DNA from: Clostridia bacterium
GTDB taxonomy: Bacteria; Bacillota; Clostridia; Oscillospirales; CAG-272
Assembly (NCBI GenBank): GCA_017631085.1
Contig: JAGBTY010000050.1
Location: 22,780-86,779 of the forward strand
Length of the DNA: 64,000 nt
Direction: 5' to 3'
Both the position numbers and the translations under genes were made by a program. Shown here one piece after another: positions 35,620-45,614 of this stretch. The notes beneath the pieces were generated by a model. That model was not told where the DNA came from, searched no databases, and saw only the letters and a list, made by a program, of their open reading frames with translations. Position 1 is the first letter of the stretch. Every line of letters begins with the position of its first letter.

Positions 35620-36230
35620 TGATAGCAATAATAGATTACGGCGTGGGGAATCTTTTTTCCCTCAAAAGCTCCTTTGCGAAAATATCCGAGGATGCAGTTG
35701 TGACCTCGGATAGAAAAATAATTGCTGAAAGCGACAGAATAATACTTCCCGGTGTGGGTGCTTTCGAGGATGCTGCACGAAAGCTTCACGAAAGTGGCAT
35801 GGACGAGGCTGTCTACGAGGAGGTAGAAAAAGGAAAGCCACTTATGGGGATATGTCTCGGTATGCAAATGCTTTTTGATAAAAGCTATGAATACGGTGAG
35901 CATAAAGGGCTTGGACTTATAGGAGGCTCTGTTACGGCGCTTAAGGGCAAGATAGATCCCTCCTTGAAAATACCGCATATAGGCTGGAACGCACTGAGTT
36001 TCAGAGAGCGCAAGGACGAGCTATTCAAATACGTAGACGAAGGCGATTTCGTTTATTTTGTTCATTCTTTTCATGCAATTGACTGCGACGATGCCGTTAT
36101 CGCAACGTCAGAATACGATATAAACGTGACTGCCGCAGTAAGAAAAGAAAACGTAATGGGATGCCAGTTCCACCCCGAAAAAAGCGGCAAAACAGGTCTT
36201 GCAATATTAAAAGCTTTTTGTGAGATATAA
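35619..36230 (+). CDS. hisH: Imidazole glycerol phosphate synthase, glutaminase subunit
   Basis: IAIIDYGVGNL, LPGVGAF, GICLGMQ (catalytic Cys), HIGWN and FHPEKS motifs. The ATG at 35619 overlaps the hisB stop. Confidence 0.93.
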   Translation: MIAIIDYGVGNLFSLKSSFAKISEDAVVTSDRKIIAESDRIILPGVGAFEDAARKLHESGMDEAVYEEVEKGKPLMGICLGMQMLFDKSYEYGEHKGLGLIGGSVTALKGKIDPSLKIPHIGWNALSFRERKDELFKYVDEGDFVYFVHSFHAIDCDDAVIATSEYDINVTAAVRKENVMGCQFHPEKSGKTGLAILKAFCEI

Positions 36231-36262
36231 GAGAAGACGGCTATAAGAGAAAGGTAAAAAGA

Positions 36263-36988
36263 ATGAATATATTTCCTGCAATAGATTTGCTTGGCGGATG
36301 TGCCGTCAGACTTCAAAAGGGTGATTACGAAAAGGTAACGGTATACAGTAAAGATCCCTTGGAGGTCGCAAAATACTTTGAGAGTGTCGGTGCAAGATAT
36401 TTACATATAGTCGATCTTGACGGAGCGAAGGACGGAACGACGGCAAATTTCGAGACGGTAAAGAGGATAGTCGATAATACTTCCTTATCGGTTGAAATAG
36501 GCGGCGGAGTGAGAGATATGGAAAGAGTAGATAAATATCTCGAGCTTGGAGTCGATAGAGTTATAATCGGAACTGCCGCGGTAACAGATCCCATTTTTTT
36601 GACCGAAGCGGTAAAAAAACATGGGAATAAGATAGCTGTCGGTGTTGATATCAAGGACGGCATGGTTGCAATAAAAGGCTGGAGAGAAGTATCGGGCGTT
36701 AGTACAGACGAAATGTTTGCGACTCTTCAGAATATAGGAATTGACAGTGTTATATGTACCGATATATCCAAGGACGGAATGATGTCGGGAACAAATATAG
36801 ACCTTTACCGTGAGCTTTCCGAAAAATATTCTCCGAAGCTCATAGCATCGGGCGGTGTGTCAACCATGGACGATATAAAAACTCTTAAGAGTATGAATGT
36901 GTTTGGCGCAATAGTAGGAAAGGCTATTTATACGGGTGCTATTGAATTGAGCGAAGCACTCTCTGAATGTCGGGAGGAAGACCGATGA
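36263..36988 (+). CDS. hisA: 1-(5-phosphoribosyl)-5-[(5-phosphoribosylamino)methylideneamino]imidazole-4-carboxamide isomerase
   Basis: IFPAIDL..G..VRL.KGDY, HIVDLDGA, EIGGGVR, IIGTAA, D..KDGM..G and ASGGV motifs. Confidence 0.93.
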   Translation: MNIFPAIDLLGGCAVRLQKGDYEKVTVYSKDPLEVAKYFESVGARYLHIVDLDGAKDGTTANFETVKRIVDNTSLSVEIGGGVRDMERVDKYLELGVDRVIIGTAAVTDPIFLTEAVKKHGNKIAVGVDIKDGMVAIKGWREVSGVSTDEMFATLQNIGIDSVICTDISKDGMMSGTNIDLYRELSEKYSPKLIASGGVSTMDDIKTLKSMNVFGAIVGKAIYTGAIELSEALSECREEDR

Positions 36989-37743
36989 TAGCTAAAAGAA
37001 TAATACCATGTCTTGACGTAAAAAACGGCAGAGTAGTAAAGGGCGTAAATTTCGAAGGACTTTCGGATGTTTCAAATCCCGTAACTCTTGCTGAATATTA
37101 TAGTGATTGCGGTGCGGACGAGCTTGTTTTTTATGATATAACAGCATCCTTTGAGGGCAGAGCGCTCTTTACGGATATTTTGACAGAGACCGCAAGAAAC
37201 GTATTTATCCCTTTGACAGTTGGAGGCGGAATAAATACCATCGAAGATTTTGACCGTGTACTTAAATGCGGCGCGGATAAGGTCAGCGTCAATTCGGGGG
37301 CTTTGAGAAACCCCTCATTGATATCCGAGGCGGCAAAAAAATACGGAGATCAGTGTGTTGTTTTGTCGGTCGACGTAAAGCGTGTTGACGGTGTTTTCAG
37401 AGTCTTTGCCAAAGGCGGAAGAGAAAACACGGGAAGAGAAGCGATATCCTGGATAAAGCAATGCGTAGCCGACGGAGCGGGTGAGATAGTCGTTAACAGT
37501 ATCGATACCGACGGAGTTAAGAAAGGCTTTGATCTTGAGATGCTCGATGCCGTATGTAATGCGGTATCCGTTCCCGTTATTGCTTCGGGAGGAGCAGGCT
37601 CTGCGGAGGACTTTGTTACGCTGTTCAAAACATTGCCCAAGGTCGACGCAGGACTTGCGGCGTCTATCTTCCATTTCGGAGAGGTAAATATCAAGGATTT
37701 GAAGCAAAAGCTTTCGTCTGAAGGCATAAATATGAGAATATAA
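36985..37743 (+). CDS. hisF: Imidazole glycerol phosphate synthase, cyclase subunit
   Basis: I prefer the ATG at 36985. [51 protein letters not shown] and IASGGAG motifs. Confidence 0.95.
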   Translation: MIAKRIIPCLDVKNGRVVKGVNFEGLSDVSNPVTLAEYYSDCGADELVFYDITASFEGRALFTDILTETARNVFIPLTVGGGINTIEDFDRVLKCGADKVSVNSGALRNPSLISEAAKKYGDQCVVLSVDVKRVDGVFRVFAKGGRENTGREAISWIKQCVADGAGEIVVNSIDTDGVKKGFDLEMLDAVCNAVSVPVIASGGAGSAEDFVTLFKTLPKVDAGLAASIFHFGEVNIKDLKQKLSSEGINMRI

Positions 37744-37768
37744 AAACAAAATCTATGGAGAAGAAAAA

Positions 37769-38422
37769 ATGATAAACGTAAATGAACTTAAATTTGACGC
37801 AAACGGTCTTATTCCTGCAGTAGTGGTAGACGCAGTAACGAAAAAGGTACTTACCGTTGCCTATATGAATAAGGAAAGCCTTGAGATAAGCATGAACGAG
37901 GGAATGACTTGTTTCTGGTCTCGCTCAAGAAAGTGCCTTTGGAGAAAGGGCGAGACGTCAGGAAACCGTCAGCATATCGTGAACATAACTGCCGATTGCG
38001 ACAGAGATGCACTTACAGTTTCGGTCTACAAGGACGGTCCTGCATGCCATCTTGGAACAGATTCTTGCTTTAACGACCTTGTTTATGAAAATAACGAGCT
38101 TGAGGGTGAGTTTTCTCTCGATGCTCTTATGAAGGTCATCGAGGGTAGAAAGATAGAAAAGAAAGAGGGCTCGTATACCACGTATCTTTTTGAAAAGGGA
38201 ATAGATAAGATACTCAAAAAGGTAGGAGAGGAATGTACCGAGGTAATTATAGCGGGTAAGGCTAACGATAAGGCAGAGACTATCTATGAGATATCTGACC
38301 TTGTATATCACGTAATGGTGCTTATGATAGAAATGGGAATTTCTCTTGACGATATAAATAACGAGCTTGCGTCAAGACATGTTATCGACCATAAAGTAAA
38401 GCAGGAGAAAATGACAAAATGA
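37769..38422 (+). CDS. hisIE: Bifunctional phosphoribosyl-AMP cyclohydrolase / phosphoribosyl-ATP pyrophosphatase
   Basis: N-terminal half: LIPAVV.D....VL.VAYMN.ES...T......FWSRSR..LW.KGETSGN. C-terminal half: [20 protein letters not shown] and DL.YH..VL. Confidence 0.93.
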   Translation: MINVNELKFDANGLIPAVVVDAVTKKVLTVAYMNKESLEISMNEGMTCFWSRSRKCLWRKGETSGNRQHIVNITADCDRDALTVSVYKDGPACHLGTDSCFNDLVYENNELEGEFSLDALMKVIEGRKIEKKEGSYTTYLFEKGIDKILKKVGEECTEVIIAGKANDKAETIYEISDLVYHVMVLMIEMGISLDDINNELASRHVIDHKVKQEKMTK

Positions 38423-39240
38423 AAGACCTTAAATGTACACTCCACTCCCATACCACTTACTGTGACGGAAAAAATACGGTAGAGGAAATGGTCGAGAGTG
38501 CTGTGGTGCTTGGCTGTCATACAATTGGCTTTTCGGGTCACGCATACATAAAGGTCTTCGACTGGGTCGAGGATTGGTGTATGACACTCGAAAATGAGAA
38601 AAAATATCAGCAAGACGTAAGAGCGGTCGGGGAGAAATATAAAAACAAAATCGACGTCCTGCTCGGTCTTGAGCTTGATTATTATTCAAAAGCTCCCGAA
38701 TATGAATATGATTATATCATAGGCTCGGTGCATTACGTAAAGACGCCAAATACGTATATTGCGGTAGACCTTTCTCCCGATGACCTTAAAGTCAAGGTGG
38801 GAGAAGAATACGGCGGAGATTTTATTGCCTTTGCAAGAGACTATTACGAGCTTGTGGCAGATGTGTATAATAAGACAAAATGCGATATGATCGGACATTT
38901 TGACCTTATAACCAAGTTCAATGAAAAATTTAATTTCTTTGACGAAAATGATAAAAAGTACCGAGAATACGCATACGATGCACTTGATACACTACTTAAA
39001 ACGGGAGTGCCATTTGAGGTAAATACGGGAGCAATATCAAGGGGCTGGAGAACTACTCCGTATCCGTCACCCTTTATACTATCACGAATTGCCGAGAAAA
39101 ACGGCTCGGTCATTATAAATTCTGACACACATAGCAGAGACAGTATTCTTTGCGAATACGAAAAAGCATATGAGATTGTTAAAAACAGCGGAGTGAAGAA
39201 CATTTGTACCGTAAAAGATAAAAAGATCATATGTATATAA
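38419..39240 (+). CDS. hisK: Histidinol-phosphatase, PHP family
   Basis: The HSHTTYCDG opening (PHP His cluster), GFSGHA, GLELDY, GSVHY, IGHFDL and NSDTHS motifs. ATGA overlap with hisIE. Confidence 0.85.
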   Translation: MKDLKCTLHSHTTYCDGKNTVEEMVESAVVLGCHTIGFSGHAYIKVFDWVEDWCMTLENEKKYQQDVRAVGEKYKNKIDVLLGLELDYYSKAPEYEYDYIIGSVHYVKTPNTYIAVDLSPDDLKVKVGEEYGGDFIAFARDYYELVADVYNKTKCDMIGHFDLITKFNEKFNFFDENDKKYREYAYDALDTLLKTGVPFEVNTGAISRGWRTTPYPSPFILSRIAEKNGSVIINSDTHSRDSILCEYEKAYEIVKNSGVKNICTVKDKKIICI

Positions 39241-39254
39241 TTTAAGGGGGCAAT

Positions 39255-40409
39255 ATGTCGAATTTTGTGTTGATAAAAAATGCAAATGTCGTCCTTGAGA
39301 ACGGAATCCTTTGGAATGGCGCTATTCTTGTAAAAGATGGGATCATTGCGGATTTTGGAAACGAAAAAGAGATTTCAGCTCCTTCGGATGCAAAGATCAT
39401 TGACGCAAATGACCTTTACGTCGGTCCGGGGTTTGTTGACATACATGTTCACGGTGGCAGTGGATACAAAACCTATGAAGAACCCATCAAGGCATCCGGA
39501 TATTTTCTTGATCACGGTGAGACGACTATTCTTGCGACACCCTCATATTCTATGAATTTAGACGAATTTCTGGAAGCAACGATAAATGTCAAAAAAGCAT
39601 GGGGCGAGGCAAAGACCATCAGAGGAATCTATATGGAAGGACCTTATACAAATCCCGAATACGGTTCTCTGTCGTGGCTGAATCCTTGGCGTAACGGAGT
39701 TCTCGAAAAGGACTATAAGCCACTTGTTGACGAAGCGGGAAAATACGTTAAGGTCTGGTCAATAGCTCCCGAAAGAGAGGATATAATGCCTTTCCTTGAA
39801 TACGCTAGAGAAGTAAATCCCGACGTTGTGTTTGCGGTAGGACACAGCGAGGCTACTCCAGAGCAGATAAGAGCCATCGGTTCAAAATACCGTCCGACAC
39901 TGATGACACATACCTTCAATGCCACGGGAAGACAGCCTGTTGCGGGTGGTACAAGAGGGTACGGACCAGATGAGTATTGTATGAGAGAGCCTGAAATGTA
40001 TGCTGAGCTTATAAGCGACTCCTGCGGTATACACGCTCACGCGGAGATGCAACAGCTTCTTGTTCACTGTAAGGGTGTTGACAAGGTCGTTCTTATAACC
40101 GACAGCACGACAAGTGATGGTGAAAATCCTCCCGAACTTAAACATATAAAAGATCTTAATTTCGACGAACAAGGCGGTTTGTCGGGCAGCAAAATGACCA
40201 TGGAACTGGCTTGTCGAAATATAATGACACATACCTCGTGCGGTATCACACAAGCTTTCAAGATGGCGGCTCTTAATCCCGCTAAGGCAATAGGTATGGA
40301 TAATGAGCTTGGCTCAATAGCCAGAGGAAAACGCGCCGACATCGTTTTTGTTGACGACAAATTTAATGTAAAAATGGTAATGCTTGGCGGAGAAATGTGC
40401 CGAGGTTAA
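39255..40409 (+). CDS. nagA: N-acetylglucosamine-6-phosphate deacetylase-like amidohydrolase
   Basis: PGFVDIHVHGGSGY, GIYMEGPY, VGHSEAT, THTFNA and LITDS motifs, typical of the NagA subfamily. Substrate not verified. Confidence 0.7.
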   Translation: MSNFVLIKNANVVLENGILWNGAILVKDGIIADFGNEKEISAPSDAKIIDANDLYVGPGFVDIHVHGGSGYKTYEEPIKASGYFLDHGETTILATPSYSMNLDEFLEATINVKKAWGEAKTIRGIYMEGPYTNPEYGSLSWLNPWRNGVLEKDYKPLVDEAGKYVKVWSIAPEREDIMPFLEYAREVNPDVVFAVGHSEATPEQIRAIGSKYRPTLMTHTFNATGRQPVAGGTRGYGPDEYCMREPEMYAELISDSCGIHAHAEMQQLLVHCKGVDKVVLITDSTTSDGENPPELKHIKDLNFDEQGGLSGSKMTMELACRNIMTHTSCGITQAFKMAALNPAKAIGMDNELGSIARGKRADIVFVDDKFNVKMVMLGGEMCRG

Positions 40410-40416
40410 TAAATGA

Positions 40417-40460
40417 AAAAACGCAGTTGCTGACAGCGACTGCGTTTTCGTCTTTTTTCC
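40417..40460 (+). terminator. Rho-independent terminator after the his/nagA operon
   Basis: 10-bp stem ACGCAGTTGC / GCGACTGCGT (one G-U pair), loop TGACA, followed by TTTCGTCTTTTTT. Confidence 0.7.
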
Positions 40461-40540
40461 AAGATTATATGCTCCTTTCATAAGGAAAACTAATTTTGAG
40501 TATTTTTATATGCTCAAAAAATAAAGAAAGGAGAAAAGAC

Positions 40541-41317
40541 ATGAAAAAGATCATTTTGCTTTTGGTGCTCGTTCTTTTAGCCTTTTCATTTGCAAAAAGC
40601 GGGGCTTTTGCGGAAGATTCTATCGGATGGTATACGGTTAGAAACACCGAACACAAACAGCCGAGACTTGACAGCTCACTTGCTTTTATTGAAAAATACG
40701 GAGCAGTATATGTAGACCGTGCGCATGGAGATAATAACGAAGAAAAGGTGATATATCTTACCTTTGACGTTGGTTACGAGAACGGAAACGTAGAAAAAAT
40801 ACTTGACGTTATGAAGGAAGAAGGTGTACAGTCGTCTTTCTTTGTGCTTGGAAATATCGTTGTGAAAAACACCGAGCTGGTTAAGAGAATGGTAAAAGAA
40901 GGTCACCTTGTTTGTAATCACACCTATCACCATACGGACATGACAACCGTCTCCTCTTATGAGAAATTTTCTGAAGAGTTGAAGCTAATGGAAAATGTAT
41001 TCAAAGAAAAAACGGGAAGTGAGATGGCTAAATTTTTCCGTCCGCCGGAGGGAAAATTTAATGAAAAGACTCTTAGATACGCAAATGATTTGGGATATAA
41101 AACTGTTTTCTGGAGCTTTGCATACGAGGATTGGGACAATAACAAGCAGATGCCTTGCGGAAAAGCGTTGGAAAAGATAAGATCAAATATCCACAACGGA
41201 GCTATACTTTTGTTGCATCCTACCTCTTCTACAAACGCAGAAATAATGAAAGAGCTTATCATTTCTCTGAAGAATGATGGATACAGATTTGCGACTCTTG
41301 AGGAAATAGGAGGATAA
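40541..41317 (+). CDS. pdaA: Delta-lactam-biosynthetic de-N-acetylase (PdaA-type polysaccharide deacetylase)
   Basis: I prefer the ATG at 40541 (AAAGGAG upstream). Signal peptide. Colinear with B. subtilis PdaA: W....N..HKQP, IYLTFDVGYENGN, CNHTYHH.D, FFRPPEG.F, TVFWS.A..DW and LLLHP. Confidence 0.8.
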   Translation: MKKIILLLVLVLLAFSFAKSGAFAEDSIGWYTVRNTEHKQPRLDSSLAFIEKYGAVYVDRAHGDNNEEKVIYLTFDVGYENGNVEKILDVMKEEGVQSSFFVLGNIVVKNTELVKRMVKEGHLVCNHTYHHTDMTTVSSYEKFSEELKLMENVFKEKTGSEMAKFFRPPEGKFNEKTLRYANDLGYKTVFWSFAYEDWDNNKQMPCGKALEKIRSNIHNGAILLLHPTSSTNAEIMKELIISLKNDGYRFATLEEIGG

Positions 41318-41324
41318 TGTTAAG

Positions 41325-42011
41325 ATGATTTGCAGGAAAAGAATTTTTTTGTTTTTTTGTTTGACCGTTTTAACCTTTGCTTTTTGTGTGTCCTCTTATG
41401 CAGATAATATTGTTTCATCTACGGGATTTGATAATGATAAAAAGACGAAACGTATTGCTCTGACATTTGACGACGGACCACACCCCAGATTTACGCCTCA
41501 AATACTTGAGGTTTTAGGTGAATACGGTATAAAAGCAACCTTTTTTGTAATTGGCGTAAACGTGCAAAATTATTATGAAAGCTATCAAAAAATAATTGAT
41601 AGCGGATGTGAGATAGGAAATCATACCTATTCTCACGCAAATCTTAATTTTGCAGATAGTAAAGCGATCAGAGACGAGATACTACTGTGTGCGGATGCCA
41701 TAGCAGGCGGAGACAGTGACAGACTTTTAAGACCGCCGCAAGGAGCGTGTAATACCGAGGTGAAAAGAATTGCATCAGAGCTCCAATACGACCTTGTTTT
41801 TTGGACGATAGATACGATGGATTGGGCTCACACGGGCACAAAGGAAATAATAGATACAGTGCTTTTGAATGCTTCGGACGGAGATATAATCCTTATGCAC
41901 GATTACGTTTCGGGTAAAAGTCATGCGTGCGAGGCGTTAAGAGTTATAATTCCGGAGCTTCTGTCACGCGGATTTGAGTTTGTGACAGTTTCGGAAATGA
42001 TGAGCAAATAA
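41325..42011 (+). CDS. Polysaccharide deacetylase (NodB homology domain) family protein
   Basis: Signal/anchor, then LTFDDGPHP, ATFFVIG, GNHTYSH, RPPQGA, DT.DW and ILMHD motifs (CE4 family). Confidence 0.85.
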   Translation: MICRKRIFLFFCLTVLTFAFCVSSYADNIVSSTGFDNDKKTKRIALTFDDGPHPRFTPQILEVLGEYGIKATFFVIGVNVQNYYESYQKIIDSGCEIGNHTYSHANLNFADSKAIRDEILLCADAIAGGDSDRLLRPPQGACNTEVKRIASELQYDLVFWTIDTMDWAHTGTKEIIDTVLLNASDGDIILMHDYVSGKSHACEALRVIIPELLSRGFEFVTVSEMMSK

Positions 42012-42014
42012 AAA

Positions 42015-42046
42015 CTAAAGCCGATGCATTAATGCATCGGCTTTAG
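42015..42046. terminator. Bidirectional terminator (perfect 32-nt palindrome)
   Basis: CTAAAGCCGATGCATT / AATGCATCGGCTTTAG between the convergent deacetylase (+) and ruvB (-) genes. Confidence 0.7.
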
Positions 42047-42051
42047 TCATT

Positions 42052-43131
42052 TCAGTCGTTATTATTGAAAATATCTATCTGATCAGATCGTTGTTGAGAT
42101 GAACGGGTTTGAGAATTATAGGGAATACCCAAATGTTCATAAGCCATTCTGGTAACGCATCTTCCTCGTGGTGTACGGCTGAGATATCCGATTTGAAGCA
42201 GATAGGGCTCATATACGTCCTCAAGTGTTATGGCTTCCTCACCTATGGTTGCTGAAAGAGTTTCAAGTCCGACAGGACCGCCATCATAGAATTTGATTAT
42301 AGCTTCGAGCATTCGTCTGTCTGTGTTGTCAAGTCCCAATGCGTCTATTTCGAGTCTTTCGAGCGCGTATTTAGCAATATCGTCGTCAATAGTATCTCTG
42401 CCCGAGACCTGCGCGAAATCACGTACACGCTTCAGAAGTCTGTTGGCGATTCTTGGAGTTCCGCGTGAGCGTGAAGCTATTTCATATGCTCCGTCGTTGG
42501 TGATAGGAAGACCAAGAATACCCGCACTTCTTCTGACTATAAACGCAAGCTCCTCGGGAGTATAAAGCTCAAGCTTAAGTACTACACCGAATCTGTCACG
42601 GAGAGGTGTGGTGAGCTGTCCCGCTCTTGTTGTAGCGCCGATAAGTGTAAAGTGTGGCAGGTCGATACGAATACTTCTTGCCGCAGGTCCCTTTCCGATA
42701 ATAATGTCAATTGCATTGTCTTCCATTGCGGGATAGAGAATTTCTTCGACACTGCGTGAAAGACGGTGTATTTCGTCGATAAAAAGCACGTCGCCTTCTG
42801 AAAGGTTGGTCAGAAGTGCTGCAAGGTCACCCTGCTTTTCAATAGCAGGACCTGACGTAACTCTGATGTTTACACCCATTTCGTTTGCGATTATGTTTGA
42901 AAGAGTGGTCTTACCAAGTCCCGGAGGTCCGTAAAGAAGTACGTGGTCAAGGCACTCGCCGCGCAGTTTTGCGGCTTCTATATATATTTTTAGATTTTCT
43001 TTTACCTTGTCCTGACCGATATAGTCGTCAAGGGACTTGGGACGCAGAGAGTTGTCAATATCAGAATCCTCTCTGGTATATGAGGTATTCATGATCCGAT
43101 TTTCAAAATCGAAATCTTCGTTAAAATCCAT
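42052..43131 (-). CDS. ruvB: Holliday junction branch migration DNA helicase RuvB
   Basis: [12 protein letters not shown], Walker [10 protein letters not shown], Walker [18 protein letters not shown] and the winged-helix tail. Confidence 0.96.
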   Translation of the reverse strand: MDFNEDFDFENRIMNTSYTREDSDIDNSLRPKSLDDYIGQDKVKENLKIYIEAAKLRGECLDHVLLYGPPGLGKTTLSNIIANEMGVNIRVTSGPAIEKQGDLAALLTNLSEGDVLFIDEIHRLSRSVEEILYPAMEDNAIDIIIGKGPAARSIRIDLPHFTLIGATTRAGQLTTPLRDRFGVVLKLELYTPEELAFIVRRSAGILGLPITNDGAYEIASRSRGTPRIANRLLKRVRDFAQVSGRDTIDDDIAKYALERLEIDALGLDNTDRRMLEAIIKFYDGGPVGLETLSATIGEEAITLEDVYEPYLLQIGYLSRTPRGRCVTRMAYEHLGIPYNSQTRSSQQRSDQIDIFNNND

Positions 43132-43171
43132 GTTTTAGTTGTATCCTTTCATAAAAATACGGGGGAGTGCA

Positions 43172-43801
43172 TCAGTTCTTCATAAGCTTTTTGAGGGCTT
43201 GTTTGATTATTTCGTCAAGATCGAGATTTTGTGTGTCTATCGTTCCGAGAACCTTTGCGGCTTCACTTCTGGAATATCCGAGAACGGTCAGTGCATCCTG
43301 CGCATCCGCAAATTTAGAGGACGACGGATCACCCACAGAAAGCTCATATATGTCTGAGTCGGAGGCAGAATCGATCGTGCGTTCCTTGTTGAATTTATCC
43401 TTAAGCTCAAGTATTATTCTTGCGGCAGTTTTCGGTCCTATGCCGTTTGCGGCAGAAATAGCTTTTTTGTCGTCGGTGCAAATAGCAAGAGCAAGCTTAC
43501 TTGGAGAAAGCTGCGAGAGAATAGATATCGCCGCTTTTGGACCGACTCCCGATACACCTATAAGCATCTTAAAGCTTGAAAGCTCCTCTTCGCTTATAAA
43601 TCCGAAGAGTTCAACTCCGTCCTCGCGGACTGCCATGTGGGTATATAGCTTTATATTTAGTTGATTTTGAGAATTAGAGAGCTTTTGTATTTCAAAATAA
43701 GTATTTCCGCTGATATTGAGCTTATAGCCTACTCCAGAAGCATCTATGACAGCAAAGCTTTTGTCAAGATGTGCCAGATTTCCGCTTATAAAATAAAACA
43801 T
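43172..43801 (-). CDS. ruvA: Holliday junction branch migration complex subunit RuvA
   Basis: MFYFISG......... opening, the HhH pairs F..LI.VSGVGPK.A..IL and GIGPKTA.RI..EL, and the C-terminal domain III ALTVLGYS..EA. Confidence 0.93.
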   Translation of the reverse strand: MFYFISGNLAHLDKSFAVIDASGVGYKLNISGNTYFEIQKLSNSQNQLNIKLYTHMAVREDGVELFGFISEEELSSFKMLIGVSGVGPKAAISILSQLSPSKLALAICTDDKKAISAANGIGPKTAARIILELKDKFNKERTIDSASDSDIYELSVGDPSSSKFADAQDALTVLGYSRSEAAKVLGTIDTQNLDLDEIIKQALKKLMKN

Positions 43802-43822
43802 TTTATTCCTACCCCTTTTGGT

Positions 43823-44035
43823 TTACTGTATATTTTCGTCGGTATATTCGGAGGACACGATCCTTTTTGTAGCTTTTTCCAGCTTCAGCCTATCGACAGT
43901 CATGTCTCTCCCGCAACCGAGGCAAAGAAGCCTTACGTCGCTTCCTACACGGAGGACCTTAAACTGCTTGTTTTGGCAAGGGTGTTGCTTTTTTAGCTCA
44001 ATTATATCGTTTACCCTGAATTTTATGATCTGCAT
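43823..44035 (-). CDS. Small conserved protein (DUF951-like)
   Basis: 70 aa with a KKQHPCQNKQFKVLRVGSDVRLLCLGCGRDMTV pattern (C...C..C). Co-oriented with ruvAB. The family name is from memory. Confidence 0.6.
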   Translation of the reverse strand: MQIIKFRVNDIIELKKQHPCQNKQFKVLRVGSDVRLLCLGCGRDMTVDRLKLEKATKRIVSSEYTDENIQ

Positions 44036-44137
44036 ATGTATCTGCTCCGAATATTTTTATATATTAACTATATTATAACCTTATTTTATCATATTGTCAA
44101 TAATTTGTAAATAAGTGAATAAAATAAAAAAATTCGT

Positions 44138-44166
44138 TTGACTTAATCTTTATTATGTGATATAAT
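44138..44166 (+). promoter_or_regulatory. Sigma-A type promoter upstream of ruvC
   Basis: TTGACT (44138-44143), 17-nt spacer, TATAAT (44161-44166). Confidence 0.55.
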
Positions 44167-44196
44167 GTAATATGGTTTATTATGGAGGAATGCGAT

Positions 44197-44697
44197 ATGG
44201 TGATTTTAGGAATAGATCCAGGACTAGCAATAGTCGGGTGGGGAGTTATAGAATATAAAGGTTCGCATTTTACCATTTTGGGATATGGCTCTATCGAGAC
44301 ACCTGCGGGAATGGCAACAGAGGAGAGGCTTTCACTCATATACGACGGGATCGGTGAGCTGATAGACAAATATCACCCCGATCAAATGGCGGTAGAAGAG
44401 CTTTTCTTCAATACAAACCAAACTACCGGAATAAGAGTTGCAGAAGCGAGAGGCGTTATACTTACACAAGGTTACCGAAAGAGAGTCAAAATATTTGAAT
44501 ACACTCCTTTGCAGGTGAAACAGGCAGTCGTAGGATATGGACGAGCTGAAAAGAAGCAGGTAATAACTATGGTCACTACTATTTTGGGACTGCAAAAGCC
44601 ACCAAAGCCCGACGATACCGCAGACGCACTTGCGATCGCTGTGTGCCATGCTCATTCGGGTGCTTCAAGACTTGCTGCGTATTATAATAACAAATAA
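44197..44697 (+). CDS. ruvC: Crossover junction endodeoxyribonuclease RuvC
   Basis: I prefer the ATG at 44197 (GGAGG upstream). ILGIDPGLA..GWG, the catalytic E in MAVEELFF, YTP..VK.AV.G.G.A.K.QV and DD.ADALAIA.CH motifs. Confidence 0.92.
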   Translation: MVILGIDPGLAIVGWGVIEYKGSHFTILGYGSIETPAGMATEERLSLIYDGIGELIDKYHPDQMAVEELFFNTNQTTGIRVAEARGVILTQGYRKRVKIFEYTPLQVKQAVVGYGRAEKKQVITMVTTILGLQKPPKPDDTADALAIAVCHAHSGASRLAAYYNNK

Positions 44698-44715
44698 CGA
44701 AAAGGATATTGCTGT

Positions 44716-45588
44716 ATGTGGATTGCTGACAATTGGAAGGATTACGAATTGCTCGATGCGGGAGACGGAGAACGCCTCGAAAAATGGGGTGAATATATTC
44801 TCATACGCCCCGATCCCCAAATAATATGGAAAAGAAATTCAGGGCATCCTATGTGGAGACGGGCAGATGCTATGTATAAGCGTTCTTCAAAGGGTGGAGG
44901 AGAGTGGTCTAAAAATGACCTTCCGGAGCAATGGACGATAAATTACGGTGAATTAAAATTTATTTTAAAGCCTATGGGCTTTAAGCATACGGGACTTTTT
45001 CCCGAGCAGGCGGCAAACTGGGATTGGTTTTCAGAGCTTATAAGAAAATCTGTTGCCGAAGGAAAAAGCGTGAAGGTGCTTAATCTTTTTGCATACACGG
45101 GTGGAGCGACACTTGCAGCAGCCTCAGCAGGAGCATCTGTCGTCCACGTAGATGCTTCCAAGGGAATGGTTGCCCAGGCAAAGCAAAACGCACAGATATC
45201 GGGACTCGGAGATAAGCCGATACGTTATATTGTTGACGACTGTAAAAAATTCGTTGAACGGGAAATACGAAGAGGCAATAAATACGATGCAGTAATAATG
45301 GATCCTCCTTCTTACGGAAGAGGGCCTTCGGGTGAGATATGGAAGATAGAAGAAAGTGTTGACGAGCTGATATCACTTGCAGCCGAGCTCCTTTCGGACG
45401 ATCCGATTTTCTTCCTGATAAATTCCTACACTACTGGACTGTCTCCCCTTGCAATGCAGTATATTTTAGGAATGAAGGTCGCTCGCCGTTACGGTGGAAA
45501 AATGGAATCGGGTGAGCTGGGGCTCAGGGCTTCGGCTACCAAACTGCCAATACCTTGTGGCGCAAGTGCCAGATGGCAGAGAATATAA
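44716..45588 (+). CDS. Class I SAM-dependent (RNA) methyltransferase, RlmI/YwbD-like catalytic domain
   Basis: G.FPEQ, the SAM motif VLNLFAYTGGATLAAA, VHVD.S and IMDPPSYGRG motifs. No PUA domain. Confidence 0.75.
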   Translation: MWIADNWKDYELLDAGDGERLEKWGEYILIRPDPQIIWKRNSGHPMWRRADAMYKRSSKGGGEWSKNDLPEQWTINYGELKFILKPMGFKHTGLFPEQAANWDWFSELIRKSVAEGKSVKVLNLFAYTGGATLAAASAGASVVHVDASKGMVAQAKQNAQISGLGDKPIRYIVDDCKKFVEREIRRGNKYDAVIMDPPSYGRGPSGEIWKIEESVDELISLAAELLSDDPIFFLINSYTTGLSPLAMQYILGMKVARRYGGKMESGELGLRASATKLPIPCGASARWQRI

Positions 45589-45614
45589 GGGTTATCGTTT
45601 TTGATGGAGAAAAA

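Noticed and set aside
43823-44697. ruvC being separated from, and divergent to, the DUF951-like-ruvA-ruvB unit, considered as an anomaly.
   Set aside because: Separate transcription of ruvC from ruvAB is common in bacteria. Both units have ordinary promoters and RBSs, and nothing else is unusual.
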